A stretch of DNA of 64,000 nucleotides, taken from an uncultured Actinomycetota bacterium (GTDB taxonomy: Bacteria; Actinomycetota; Humimicrobiia; Humimicrobiales; Humimicrobiaceae). The DNA is taken from positions 12,475 to 76,474 of the forward strand of contig CAZBSE010000004.1 of assembly GCA_964494385.1 (NCBI GenBank), given 5' to 3'. The notes beneath the pieces were generated by a model. It was given only the letters and a program-made list of their open reading frames with translations, did not search any database and was not told the DNA's origin. How positions within the stretch are numbered: the stretch's first letter is position 1; every line of letters starts with the position of its first letter. Positions 1-10,136 of the stretch are shown here, one piece after another. The position numbers were made by a program, and so were the translations under genes.

Positions 1-443
1 GCACCTATGGGTTCGTCAAACGGTATATCCGATAAGTAGAGGACCATTGAAGCTCCATTTATCACTGAAATATCATAGGGATTTATCTGGTCAAAAGAAA
101 TAACAGTTGCAATTATTTGAATTTCGTTCCTTATATTTTTATCGAACAGCGGTCTCAGGGACCTATCGGTTAATCTTGAGTTAAGAATTGCCTTATCACT
201 GGCCCTACCTTCTCTTTTGAAAAATCCTCCGGGTATTTTACCCGCAGCATACATTCTTTCTTCAACATCAACTATCAGAGGGAAAAAATCTAAATTCTCA
301 GCCGGTTTTTTATTCATAACGGCAGTAACCAGAACTCCGTTTCCCTCGAACTTGATCAAAACTGAATTAGCCTGTCTTGCTATTTTCCCGGTTGAAAACA
401 GCATTTTCTTTCCGTTTATATCTATTTCGTATTTTTTCTCCAT
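1..443 (-). CDS. pnp: Polynucleotide phosphorylase (PNPase), 5' part only; gene continues beyond the window start
   Basis: Reverse-strand translation from the ATG at 441-443 gives MEKKYEIDINGKKMLFSTGKIARQANSVLIKFEGNGVLVTAV...GGFFKREGRASDKAILNSRLTDRSLRPLF, a typical PNPase N-terminus (RNase PH-like domain 1). It is not in the ORF track because it is truncated at the window edge. The rpsO-pnp order is canonical. Confidence 0.9.
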   Translation of the reverse strand, partial: MEKKYEIDINGKKMLFSTGKIARQANSVLIKFEGNGVLVTAVMNKKPAENLDFFPLIVDVEERMYAAGKIPGGFFKREGRASDKAILNSRLTDRSLRPLFDKNIRNEIQIIATVISFDQINPYDISVINGASMVLYLSDIPFDEPIG

Positions 444-508
444 TTATGTAATAAACTCTCCTTTAATCTACCAGAATAAATAAAATAATTGGGGGGGGGC
501 GAAAAACC

Positions 509-778
509 TTATTTCCTTAAACCTAATTCTCCAATGATCTTTTTATATCTGCTTATGTCATTATTTTTTAAATACTCTAACAGTCTTTTTCTTTTTCCTA
601 CCATTATTACAAGACCTCTTCTGGAATGATGGTCTTTTTTATTTGTCTTCAGATGTTCATTTAGCTTATTAATCTTTTTTGTAAGAATAGCTATCTGGAC
701 TTCAGACGACCCTGTATCATTCTCATGAATTTTAAATTTTTCAATAACTTTCTTCTTCTCTTCTTTAACTAATGCCAC
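509..778 (-). CDS. rpsO: 30S ribosomal protein S15
   Basis: [36 protein letters not shown] is the S15 signature. The track ORF (to 820) adds 14 non-homologous residues. The in-frame GTG at 776-778, preceded by a GGAAGGTGAG RBS, gives the canonical 89-aa protein. Confidence 0.9.
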   Translation of the reverse strand: MALVKEEKKKVIEKFKIHENDTGSSEVQIAILTKKINKLNEHLKTNKKDHHSRRGLVIMVGKRKRLLEYLKNNDISRYKKIIGELGLRK

Positions 779-858
779 ATTCTCACCTTCCTCTAAAACA
801 TTCGTTCTATAATTTATCATAACTATATTATAATTACAATTTAATCAGATTTTTTCAT

Positions 859-1818
859 CTAACTTTCATTTTCGTAAGTCTGAAAATACTTTCTCGCATA
901 TTCCAAATCCATCTTTAACTGTTTTACTAATTTATCCTTACTTTCAAACCTTATTTCATCCCTTAATCTCCTGGAGAAATTAATTCTAATTTTTCTTTTA
1001 TATATGTTCTCTTTAAAATCGATTATAAAAGTTTCAACCAATTTTTTTGAATCTCCGAAAGTCGGATTATCTCCTATATTTACAAGAGCAGGAAGCGGTT
1101 TTCCCCCACGGCCCTTTATTCCCACGGTACCCAGATAAACACCGTCTTTTGGTGCAATAAAAATATCACAGACATCTATGTTAGCAGTAGGAAATCCTAA
1201 TTTCTTACCCCTGCCCGCTCCCTTTATCACCGATCCTTCAATCTGCGGATTTCTTCCCAGCAATCTTTTTATTTTTCCTATATCACCCCGGGTATAATAT
1301 TTCCTTATATTAGTACTTGAAATTACCTCATTTCCTACTTTTATAAGCGCTATTGTATTTATTTTTACGTCCAGGGGCCTAAAAAATTTTTTTAAAAATA
1401 AAATATTTCCCCGTGCATTAAAACCAAACCGGAATCCCTCGCCTGTAAAAATTTCCACTGCATGAAATTTTTCTACCAGTATATTCCTGCAAAAATCCTG
1501 GGGTTCCATACTTAAGAAACCGGTACTGAAATTAGCAGTTATAATATAATCTATTCCCATGCTGTCAATAATCTTTATTTTCTCCCGGTAAGGAATTATA
1601 AGTTTTTTATACATTTTATTCTTTATCACATTCACTGGAGGTTCATTGAATGTGAGGACCGTACTTGTACCTTTTATTTTTTTTGCCCTATCAATACATG
1701 CTTTGATTATTTTTCTATGGCCAAGATGTACCCCGTCAAAAAAACCAATAACTATGACTGAATTTTTACCTGTAAAATATTTGTCATCTATTTTTCCCAG
1801 TTCCAGTATTTTTGACAA
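859..1818 (-). CDS. ribF: Bifunctional riboflavin kinase / FMN adenylyltransferase
   Basis: GFFDGVHLGHRKII nucleotidyltransferase motif and a C-terminal riboflavin kinase domain; truB-ribF-rpsO-pnp synteny. Confidence 0.9.
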   Translation of the reverse strand: MSKILELGKIDDKYFTGKNSVIVIGFFDGVHLGHRKIIKACIDRAKKIKGTSTVLTFNEPPVNVIKNKMYKKLIIPYREKIKIIDSMGIDYIITANFSTGFLSMEPQDFCRNILVEKFHAVEIFTGEGFRFGFNARGNILFLKKFFRPLDVKINTIALIKVGNEVISSTNIRKYYTRGDIGKIKRLLGRNPQIEGSVIKGAGRGKKLGFPTANIDVCDIFIAPKDGVYLGTVGIKGRGGKPLPALVNIGDNPTFGDSKKLVETFIIDFKENIYKRKIRINFSRRLRDEIRFESKDKLVKQLKMDLEYARKYFQTYENES

Positions 1819-1867
1819 TTCAATCCCCCGCTGTATTTAAGATTTCCAATTTTCTTCTATTTTAAAC

Positions 1868-2850
1868 TTACTGCAATATTAAAACGTTTTTGGTTAAATT
1901 CATCCTTCCATGCTTGATATCGGAAATTATATTATTACTTATGTTTTTATGTATGGCTATCAGATTTTCACTGCTGTCCTTTATTTTTATCAGATTTCCT
2001 TCCTCAAAAAATTTTTTGTCTCTCATCCTGCTTAATTTGACCATTCCGCCATCTATGGGATGGCCATTCAATATATATTTTTTATATTTGTTTTTAACAT
2101 AAAAATTAGGATTTCTTTCTAGCAATCTTTCTATGGATATCAGATACGGGCCGGATAAAAAATCATTTTCTTTTTTTATTTTTTCTTTTATTAAATTCTC
2201 AACACTGACACTGCTGTCCAGATTAAAGTCTCCCGCCGCAGTTCTTCTTAATCCTTTCATTGTTGCCCCGCAACCCAGTTTCTCCCCGATTTCATGAACC
2301 AGAGACCTGATATAGGTTCCTGAACCGCAGCTTACTCTAAGGACAAGTAAATCCTTATCCATGGAAATAAGCTCCAGATTATAGATATTCACTATTCTTG
2401 GTTTTAATTCTACGCTCTGACCTTTTCTGGCAAAACTATATGATGGCCTTCCTTTAAATTTAACCGCTGAGTACGCAGGCGGGATCTGCATGTTCTTTCC
2501 AATTAATTCACCCAGAATACGGTATATTTTTTTGGCATCTATGTTTTCTACCTTATTTTTTTCCAGAACTTTTCCATCAGTATCCCAGGTATCAGTTACA
2601 ACCCCCAGTTTTATTTCTGCGACATATTCTTTTTTGAAATTCAGGAAATAATCGAATAGTTTGGTGGCTTTATTTACCAAAACAATCAGCAAACCTTCCG
2701 CAATAGGATCAAGAGTTCCGGCATGGCCGATTTTTTTTAAAAAAAAACTCTCTTAATACTTCTTATTACATTATAGGAAATTACGCCCTGCAATTTATTT
2801 ATAAGTATTATTCCGTTAAAATCTTTCAGCAGATCAGATTTCCTGTTCAT
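1868..2850 (-). CDS. truB: tRNA pseudouridine(55) synthase TruB, reading frame interrupted at a T9/A8 homopolymer
   Basis: The track ORF (1868..2692) begins just after the catalytic motif. Upstream, a second frame encodes MNRKSDLLKDFNGIILINKLQGVISYNVIRSIKRVFF(stop) and the adjacent frame continues KKIGHAGTLDPIAEGLLIVLVNKATKL (the GH(T/A)GTLDP motif). The two halves are joined by a 1-nt frame change inside tttttttttaaaaaaaa at 2731-2747. The ATG at 2848-2850 abuts the nrnA stop. Confidence 0.8.
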
Positions 2851-2864
2851 ATTATTTATAATCC

Positions 2865-3851
2865 TTAATTATTTTTCCCTACAGCCTTTTTTAAATTATC
2901 AATTACGGTTTTTAAACTTCCATTGTCTGAATAAGCCGCTGCCATCCTGTGGCCGCCTCCGCCAAAGCCATTCGCGATCTTGGATAAGTCAATATCATTA
3001 TTAGAAGTACGCAGACTTACTTTAAAATCTTTTCTGCCGGTTTGTTTTATTAGAGCCGTAATCTTTGCTTTTTTTGCACTTCTCATCAAGGTAATGATTT
3101 CATCCTGTGCGGAAAAGGGCAATTTTAATCTTTTAAAATCCTTTTCTGTAACATATGAGTATATTAATCCGGAGGACCGGAGATATATAATTCTGCCAAA
3201 AACAAGCCGGATCAACTTAAATCTGGCCATAGGTTCATTTTCGTATATATATTTATATACTTCCGAAGGAGATATATCAAAACTCAAGAGATCGCTTACC
3301 ACCCTGTGTACAATATGGTCAGTGTTACTGTACTGGAACTTGCCGGTATCAGTCAGTATTCCTACATAAAGTCCCAGTGCTATTTTATGGTTTAAAAGAT
3401 TTCTGTAATACTTATCTATAAGCCCGTATAAGATTTCGGAAGTTGCGGATTTCTGACTATCCACCAGATTTATATGTCCAAAATTGGTATTATTCTTATG
3501 ATGATCTATATTTATTATAAACTTTACACTATCCTTCAATAATTTAAAGTCCAGACCCATCCTATCCTCATCCGCACAATCCAGGCAAAAACAGAAGTAA
3601 TCCTTTCCTGACAGGTCTATCTCTCTTATATCTTTTCTTATCTTATCAATATCAGGCAGGAAGCTGTACTGGTAAGGCAATTCACCTCTGCAAACTGCTA
3701 TTACCTTCTTTTTTAATTGAGACAACAACTGATATAAAGCTTCAAGCGAACCTAATGAATCGCCATCAGGATAATCATGGGTTATGATTAAGAACTTTTT
3801 ATTATCGTTTATGATTTTTGATATCTGATTGTATGACTTTTGATTATCCAA
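2865..3851 (-). CDS. nrnA: DHH-family phosphoesterase, NrnA-like (oligoribonuclease / pAp phosphatase)
   Basis: N-terminal DHH motifs (ITHDYPDGDSLGS, DHH) and a C-terminal DHHA1 GGGGH motif; located between rbfA and truB as in many Gram-positive-type infB operons. Confidence 0.8.
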   Translation of the reverse strand: MDNQKSYNQISKIINDNKKFLIITHDYPDGDSLGSLEALYQLLSQLKKKVIAVCRGELPYQYSFLPDIDKIRKDIREIDLSGKDYFCFCLDCADEDRMGLDFKLLKDSVKFIINIDHHKNNTNFGHINLVDSQKSATSEILYGLIDKYYRNLLNHKIALGLYVGILTDTGKFQYSNTDHIVHRVVSDLLSFDISPSEVYKYIYENEPMARFKLIRLVFGRIIYLRSSGLIYSYVTEKDFKRLKLPFSAQDEIITLMRSAKKAKITALIKQTGRKDFKVSLRTSNNDIDLSKIANGFGGGGHRMAAAYSDNGSLKTVIDNLKKAVGKNN

Positions 3852-3870
3852 TTAAACTACCTGCTTGAGA

Positions 3871-4227
3871 TCATTTTCCTTTATCTAAGTTTTTCAGTAT
3901 ATTTGATATTTTTATACCTTCATCAATCGATTTGTCGTATAAGAATCTTATATGGGGCACATTTTTAAGTTTTAATCTTTTACTTAAATTTTTCTGAATG
4001 AATCCGCAGCAGTTTTTCAGTACCTTCAGGCTGCCGCTTATGTTTTCATCTTCACCCAAAATGCTGACAAAAACATCCAGCCACTTAAAATCCGATGATA
4101 ATTTTGTATCGGTAATGGTTATAAATCCTACTCTGGGATCCTTTACTTTATTATTAATAATAAAACTTATTTCTCTCTTCAAATCTATCTCGGCTTTTCT
4201 TGACCTATTCACCTCAATCACTACCAT
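3871..4227 (-). CDS. rbfA: Ribosome-binding factor A
   Basis: KH-like RbfA fold residues (DPRVGFITITDTKLSSD...VFVS); directly downstream of infB. Confidence 0.85.
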   Translation of the reverse strand: MVVIEVNRSRKAEIDLKREISFIINNKVKDPRVGFITITDTKLSSDFKWLDVFVSILGEDENISGSLKVLKNCCGFIQKNLSKRLKLKNVPHIRFLYDKSIDEGIKISNILKNLDKGK

Positions 4228-4235
4228 TAAAAGAA

Positions 4236-6551
4236 TTATTTTTCTTCATAAAATTCTAGCATATCACCCTTGACCAGGTCCTGATAATCTTCCAGCCTTA
4301 TTCCGCACTCATAACCCGATGCCACTTTCTTTACGTCTTCTTTAAATCTATGGAGAGTTATAATCTTCCCTTCATAAATTAACTTGCCATCTCTTGATAC
4401 ATTAACCAAATTGCCCCTTTCAACTTCACCTTCCAGGATATAACAACCTGCGATTATTCCTACCTTGGGCAGTTTGAATGTCTCCCTTACTTCTGCTTTC
4501 CCTTTATCAATCCTCTTTACTTCAGGTTCCAGAAGCCCGTTAAAGGCAAGAGTGATGTCATCAATCAACTTGTAAATAATATCATAGGTCCTGACTTCTA
4601 CTTTTTCTTTTTTATACAGCTCATCCGCTTTCTGCGTCGGTACTACGCCAAAACCAATCACAATTGCGTCTGAGGCCGCTGCCAGCATAACATCACTATC
4701 ATTTATGGCACCAATTGCCTTATGTATAATGTAAATCTTTACCTTCTCATCTTTTATCTTGTCAAGGGATTTTTCTACTGCATCAAGCGAACCGCCTGAT
4801 TCCGCTTTTAAAACTATTTTTAACTTCTTTATTTCACTTTCTCTGGATAGTTCTGATAATCTCTCCAGAGTCAGGCCTTTCCTTGTTTCCGTAGCCCTTA
4901 TCATTTTTTTATCATAATCTTTTCTATTAAGAAGCTCTTTGGCCACCTTTTCATTTTTAACTATAAACAATTTATCCCCGGCTTTTGGTATCGAAGAGAA
5001 ACCTGTAATTTCAACCGGTTGTGATAAAACTGCATTTTTCAGACTTTTGCCTTTTTCATCTCTTATGGATCTTATCCTCCCGAATGAATCTCCGGTTACA
5101 AAAGGATCCCCTACCTTTATTTCTCCTCTCTTTACAATAACCGTACCTACCGAACCCATACCCTTATCCAATCTTGATTCAATTATAATTCCGGTACCTT
5201 CAGAATCCGGATTACCCTTTATTTCATTCATATCCGCAACCAGCTGAATCATCTCCAGAAGTTCATTCAGATTGGTCTTTTTCTTGGCTGAAATCTCCAC
5301 ACAAATAGTGTCTCCGCCCCACTCTTCGGTTACCAGATTATATTCGGTAAGGCCTTTTTTTATTTTATCGGGATCAGAATTTGGAAGATCTATTTTATTA
5401 ATTGCAATTATAACAGTAACTCCGGCTTCCTTGGCATGATTTATTGCTTCTATGGTCTGGGGCATAATACCATCATCTGCAGCTATCACAATAACAGCAA
5501 TATCTGTAACTTTCGCTCCCCTTGCTCTTATGGATGTAAATGCTTCGTGGCCCGGGGTGTCTATAAAAGTAATTTTTTTCCCTTTATATTCAATCTGATA
5601 GGCACCTATGCGCTGGGTTATTCCACCCACCTCGCTGCCTGCAACACTGGTCTCTCTTATAACGTCAAGTAACGTTGTTTTCCCGTGGTCCACATGGCCC
5701 ATTACAGCTACAATAGGGGGCCTTATTTTTAAATCCTCTTCATCATCTTTGTAAACTTCATCTAATTTCTCTTCAAAACCTACAATATGATATTTAAAGT
5801 TATATTCGTGGGATAAATATTCTATTAAATCTTTACTTAAGGATTGATTTACATTAATAATCTCACCCATATCAAACAGCATTTTGATCATCTCATTTGA
5901 AGGAACGTTTATTTTCTCTGATAATTGTTTTGTGGTTATCCCTTCGGAAAATTCAATTACCTTCTTTATTTCCGGCCTTTTCTTTAATTTTTCCTTTATA
6001 TCTCTACCTTCTTCTTTTAAGGCTTTTTTGCTCTCTGGCTTTTTAGCCGATATAATTTTTCTCTTACGGATTAACTTTGGCCTTAACTTTCCTTCCTTCT
6101 CTTCTTTGTCAAGTTCCTTGTCGATAACACTCTTGATGCTTATCCTCTTTGCTTCTTCCCAATCCATTTTTGGCTTCGGTTCCTTTACTCCAACTTCTAC
6201 TTTTCCCTTCGCCTTCCTTCCTGAGACAACTTTTTTTTCTTTTTTAGCTGCCTTTCTTTCTCCGGAATTATCCGCAATTTTTGCGGAAGCCCTGCTCTTA
6301 CTCCTTGCTCCGGCTTTTCCCTCTGCTTTTGTTTCAACTGTTTTTTCCTTTTTAACCTTTACCGCAGAACCTGCCTTGCTCCCGACACCGCTTGTCATCT
6401 CCGTAACGCTTTTAGTCCCGGTCTTTAATTTTTCTTCCTTTTTGACCTTGCTCTCAGCTTTTGGACGGGATTTAACCTTTAACCCGGTTTTAGGTTCATC
6501 TGTATCTTTTTTCTCCGGTTTCTTTTTAATTTCTTTCTTTTTATTATCCAT
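4236..6551 (-). CDS. infB: Translation initiation factor IF-2
   Basis: Lys/Glu-rich N-terminal region followed by the G-domain [24 protein letters not shown] and NKID motifs; nusA-infB-rbfA order. Confidence 0.95.
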   Translation of the reverse strand: MDNKKKEIKKKPEKKDTDEPKTGLKVKSRPKAESKVKKEEKLKTGTKSVTEMTSGVGSKAGSAVKVKKEKTVETKAEGKAGARSKSRASAKIADNSGERKAAKKEKKVVSGRKAKGKVEVGVKEPKPKMDWEEAKRISIKSVIDKELDKEEKEGKLRPKLIRKRKIISAKKPESKKALKEEGRDIKEKLKKRPEIKKVIEFSEGITTKQLSEKINVPSNEMIKMLFDMGEIINVNQSLSKDLIEYLSHEYNFKYHIVGFEEKLDEVYKDDEEDLKIRPPIVAVMGHVDHGKTTLLDVIRETSVAGSEVGGITQRIGAYQIEYKGKKITFIDTPGHEAFTSIRARGAKVTDIAVIVIAADDGIMPQTIEAINHAKEAGVTVIIAINKIDLPNSDPDKIKKGLTEYNLVTEEWGGDTICVEISAKKKTNLNELLEMIQLVADMNEIKGNPDSEGTGIIIESRLDKGMGSVGTVIVKRGEIKVGDPFVTGDSFGRIRSIRDEKGKSLKNAVLSQPVEITGFSSIPKAGDKLFIVKNEKVAKELLNRKDYDKKMIRATETRKGLTLERLSELSRESEIKKLKIVLKAESGGSLDAVEKSLDKIKDEKVKIYIIHKAIGAINDSDVMLAAASDAIVIGFGVVPTQKADELYKKEKVEVRTYDIIYKLIDDITLAFNGLLEPEVKRIDKGKAEVRETFKLPKVGIIAGCYILEGEVERGNLVNVSRDGKLIYEGKIITLHRFKEDVKKVASGYECGIRLEDYQDLVKGDMLEFYEEK

Positions 6552-6599
6552 AATTTTCTTAAACTATATATAATCAATAAGCTTATAATATTAAAACAT

Positions 6600-7691
6600 T
6601 TAAGGTTTTTTTGAATCCTTTTTTTGCTGGCCGGTTTCGATATCTTCTCCCTTCACTTTCAATCTCTTTTCTCTGGCTACATCCATTTCTTCTTCAAACT
6701 GATTTTCACTTTTTATGTCCACTTTCCATCCTGTTAATTTTGCCGCCAGCCTTGCATTCTGACCTTCTCTTCCTATAGCCAAAGAAAGCTGGTCACTTGA
6801 TACCACAATTAAGGCAAAATTTTTATCTTCATCAGTCAGAACTTTCAGAACCCTTGCAGGGCTCAGGGCATTTTTTATATAATTAACAATATCGTCACTA
6901 TATTCTACAATATCTATTTTTTCTCCTCCCAATTCATCTACCACCATCTTTACCCTTGAGCCTTTCGGACCCACACAGGCTCCCACAGGGTCTATATTTT
7001 TTTCATTGGAACTGACTGCGATCTTGGTCCTATACCCTGCTTCCCTGGCCACACTTTTTATTTCTACAATTCCTTCATAAATTTCAGGTACTTCCAATTC
7101 AAACAGCTTCCTGATTAATCCCGTATGCGTTCTGGATACTATTACCTGCGGACCTTTGGTAGTTTTTCTTACATCTGAAATATAGCATTTTATTCTTTCT
7201 CCATGCCTATATCTCTCTCTTGGAACCTGCTCGTACGGAGGAAGCAGTGCCTCCACTTTACCCAGGTCTACCAGAGTAAATCTGGCATCGCTTTGCTGGA
7301 CTATGCCTGTTACCATATCTCCCATTCTATCCTTATATTCGTCATACATAATCTCGCGCTCTGCCTCTTTAATTTTCTGCCTTATCACCTGTTTGGCTGT
7401 TTGAGCGGCAATCCTGCCGAAATTATCGGGTGTAACTTCAACTTCATTTTTCTTACCGGTATCTTTTCCTGTTTTTTCTTTACTATCATCTTCATCCAGA
7501 ATCTTAAATATTTTTATCTCACCGGTCTTTTCATCTATATCCACCCTGCATTCATACTCCACCTGATAATTTTTTTTATACGCTGAAACAAAGGCAATCT
7601 TCAGGGCTTCTATTAAAGTATCTATATTTATGCCTTTTTCTCTCTCTAGCTCCCCTAATGCCGCTATTAATTCTTTATTCAACCTGATCAC
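6600..7691 (-). CDS. nusA: Transcription termination/antitermination factor NusA
   Basis: N-terminal MIRLNKELIAALGELEREKGI..., S1 and tandem KH domains; 363 aa (no C-terminal AR repeats). Confidence 0.92.
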   Translation of the reverse strand: MIRLNKELIAALGELEREKGINIDTLIEALKIAFVSAYKKNYQVEYECRVDIDEKTGEIKIFKILDEDDSKEKTGKDTGKKNEVEVTPDNFGRIAAQTAKQVIRQKIKEAEREIMYDEYKDRMGDMVTGIVQQSDARFTLVDLGKVEALLPPYEQVPRERYRHGERIKCYISDVRKTTKGPQVIVSRTHTGLIRKLFELEVPEIYEGIVEIKSVAREAGYRTKIAVSSNEKNIDPVGACVGPKGSRVKMVVDELGGEKIDIVEYSDDIVNYIKNALSPARVLKVLTDEDKNFALIVVSSDQLSLAIGREGQNARLAAKLTGWKVDIKSENQFEEEMDVAREKRLKVKGEDIETGQQKKDSKKP

Positions 7692-7729
7692 CTTTTTATA
7701 TTATAAAATTTAAAACTAAAAAAAAGTGG

Positions 7730-7758
7730 GGCATGCCCACTATTTTTTAATAAATTAT
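7730..7758 (-). terminator. Intrinsic terminator hairpin (bidirectional in form) downstream of recD2, abutting the nusA start
   Basis: aaaaaaAGTGGGGCATGCCCACTatttttt: a 6-7 bp GC-rich stem with a 4-nt loop, flanked by an A-run on one side and a T-run on the other. On the minus strand the hairpin is followed by a U7-8 tract. Confidence 0.6.
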
Positions 7759-7937
7759 TAACATTAAAATTTGATTATGAGTATATCACAAAACAAAAAT
7801 AATTCAATTACAAGTTACTGTTATAATTACCCTAATAGATAATAATACATCCTTAAATAATTACTTTTCAGGTTTGATCCCTATATGACCGCTATAATAA
7901 AAGGCCTATTCAGATAAAAAGATCAGGTGCCGCAATT

Positions 7938-10136
7938 TTATTGATAATTACGAAGTGATTCCTTTAAGCCGGTGTATCTTCTTTCCACGATATTTCTGCT
8001 TACGGCCATCCCTATTGCTTTTTTATTTCCTACCAAAATAGCCAGCTCTCTTGCCCTGGTAATGGCAGTATAGAGTAGATTCCTCTGCAGCAGCATATAA
8101 TGAGAAGTCAGGATAGGAATTATGGTGCATTTAAATTCTGATCCCTGAGACTTATGGATGGAAATGGCATAAGAAAGGCTTAATTCATCCATCTCGAAGA
8201 AGTCATAGTTCACAATTCTGTTATCAAAAGAAACTTTAATCTCTTCCGCCTCAAAATCTATATTACTTATGAATCCTATATCGCCGTTATATACATCCTT
8301 TTCGTAATTATTCTTTAGCTGTATTACCTTATCGTTTAATCTGAACTGTGTAGCTCCTCTCATCACTTTTCGGCTGTTTGAATTTAAAATCTCCTGAATT
8401 TTAGAATTCAGGTTATTGACCCCCACGATTCCCTTATTGGTGGGTACCAGAACCTGAACATCAGAAAAAGGATTGTAATGAAAACTTTCCGGAATCCTCT
8501 TGGTCAGAAGATTCAATATAAGATTTACGACTTCCACCGGGTCATCTTTTTCAATAAAGAAAAAGTCATTATTTTTAGGTTTTCCGATATAAGGAAACTG
8601 GCCATCTCTGACCTTATGGGCATTATATATAATAAGGCTCTCTCCTTCCTGTCTGTATATCTTCTTAAGCTCAATTACCGGAATTACTCCTGAGCTTATC
8701 ATATCGCTAAGGACATTACCGGGACCCACTGAAGGCAGCTGGTCCACATCACCCACAAAGATAATGCAGGTCTCAAGCTTTACCGCTAAAAGTAAATTCT
8801 TCATCAATGTTATATCCAGCATTGAAGCTTCGTCGATTACTACCACGTCTGCAACAATGGGGTCTTTTTCGTTTTTTAAAAATTTATTTAATTTTGGATT
8901 ATAATTCAGGAGTCTGTGTATAGTTTTTGCCTCTTTGTCTGTGGTTTCGCATAACCTTTTGGATGCCCTGCCTGTTGGTGCGCCCAGAAGGACGCTCTTG
9001 TTTTCTTTTTCAAAGATTTTAATAACAAAATTTAATATGGTGCTCTTGCCCGTACCGGGACTCCCGGTTATTATCAGAATTTTTTCAGTTACGGCTTTGT
9101 ATATGGCTTCTACTTGAGTATTATCCAGAACTATTCCATACTCATCCGCCAGATTTTTTATCAAATGGTATACATTATCCTTACTGCCAGACTTTACCTT
9201 ATGCTCTCTTTCGCTGTTTAAGAGGGACATTATCTTCTGGCTCACATATTTTTCAGCATTATAAATACCGGTCAGATATATTTTAATTGTATCATCCTTT
9301 ATAACTATTATTTTCCCTTCACCTTCAAGTTTACCCAGAGCGGTAGTAACTTTCCCCAATTCTATATCCAAAAAATTCACCGCTGCTTCTATAAACTGCT
9401 CATAGGGATAGTAGCAATGCCCCTGATCTTCTGCGCTCTGCAGTAGATGGATTACTCCTGCCTTGGCCCTGAACAGCGAATCTTTCTTTATGCCTGCTTT
9501 AAGTGCGATTTTATCTGCGGTCTTAAAGCCTATCCCGAATATATCCTCTGACAATTTATAAGGGTTTACCCTTATAACATTTATGGAACTATTTCCGTAA
9601 TAATTATAGATTTTTACGGCAAAATTACTGCTTATGCCGTAAGACTGCAGAAAAATCATAACTTCCCTTACCTTTTTATTTTTCTGCCACGATTCCAGTA
9701 TTAACTTTACTCTTTTTTTACCGATACCATCTATTTCGTTCAGCCTCCGGGGCTGTTCGTCCAGCACGTTCAAAGTCTCCGTCTTAAAATGGGAAACTAT
9801 CCTTTTTGCCATAACGGGACCGATGCCTTTTATCAAACCTGATCCCAGATAATTAATAATTCCAGCAGCAGTATCCGGTACAGCAGTTTTAATACTCTCA
9901 ATTTCAAACTGCTGTCCGTAATTTTTATTAAAAATCCATTTCCCGGTTACTTCAAGTTTTTCACCGCATTGGAGTTCAAAAGCATTTCCAACTATTGTGG
10001 TTAAATTACCATTATCCAGCTTTATTTTTCCGACCATATACCCGGTCTCGGAATTTTTAAAAATCATCTTTTCTAAAACTCCTCTAATTTTAAGGCTTTG
10101 GTCACTCATTTTGAGGTTAAAGGGGGTTATTTGCAA
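7938..10136 (-). CDS. recD2: ATP-dependent RecD-like DNA helicase (RecD2/YrrC family, SF1)
   Basis: N-terminal OB/HhH region (GIGPVMAKRIV...IDGIGKKRVKLI), Walker A ITGSPGTGKST and C-terminal SF1 motifs (AISIHKSQGSEF); 732 aa, typical of RecD2. Confidence 0.85.
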   Translation of the reverse strand: MQITPFNLKMSDQSLKIRGVLEKMIFKNSETGYMVGKIKLDNGNLTTIVGNAFELQCGEKLEVTGKWIFNKNYGQQFEIESIKTAVPDTAAGIINYLGSGLIKGIGPVMAKRIVSHFKTETLNVLDEQPRRLNEIDGIGKKRVKLILESWQKNKKVREVMIFLQSYGISSNFAVKIYNYYGNSSINVIRVNPYKLSEDIFGIGFKTADKIALKAGIKKDSLFRAKAGVIHLLQSAEDQGHCYYPYEQFIEAAVNFLDIELGKVTTALGKLEGEGKIIVIKDDTIKIYLTGIYNAEKYVSQKIMSLLNSEREHKVKSGSKDNVYHLIKNLADEYGIVLDNTQVEAIYKAVTEKILIITGSPGTGKSTILNFVIKIFEKENKSVLLGAPTGRASKRLCETTDKEAKTIHRLLNYNPKLNKFLKNEKDPIVADVVVIDEASMLDITLMKNLLLAVKLETCIIFVGDVDQLPSVGPGNVLSDMISSGVIPVIELKKIYRQEGESLIIYNAHKVRDGQFPYIGKPKNNDFFFIEKDDPVEVVNLILNLLTKRIPESFHYNPFSDVQVLVPTNKGIVGVNNLNSKIQEILNSNSRKVMRGATQFRLNDKVIQLKNNYEKDVYNGDIGFISNIDFEAEEIKVSFDNRIVNYDFFEMDELSLSYAISIHKSQGSEFKCTIIPILTSHYMLLQRNLLYTAITRARELAILVGNKKAIGMAVSRNIVERRYTGLKESLRNYQ

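Noticed and set aside
5884-6573. 229-aa plus-strand ORF inside infB (and similar long antisense ORFs at 40749..41609 within yloV, 44278..44859 within fmt, 217..483 within pnp)
   Set aside because: Each lies antisense to a confidently identified, conserved gene and translates to low-complexity Ser/Phe/Leu-rich sequence. That is the expected mirror image of Lys/Glu-rich AAR/GAR codon runs, so there is no independent evidence of coding.
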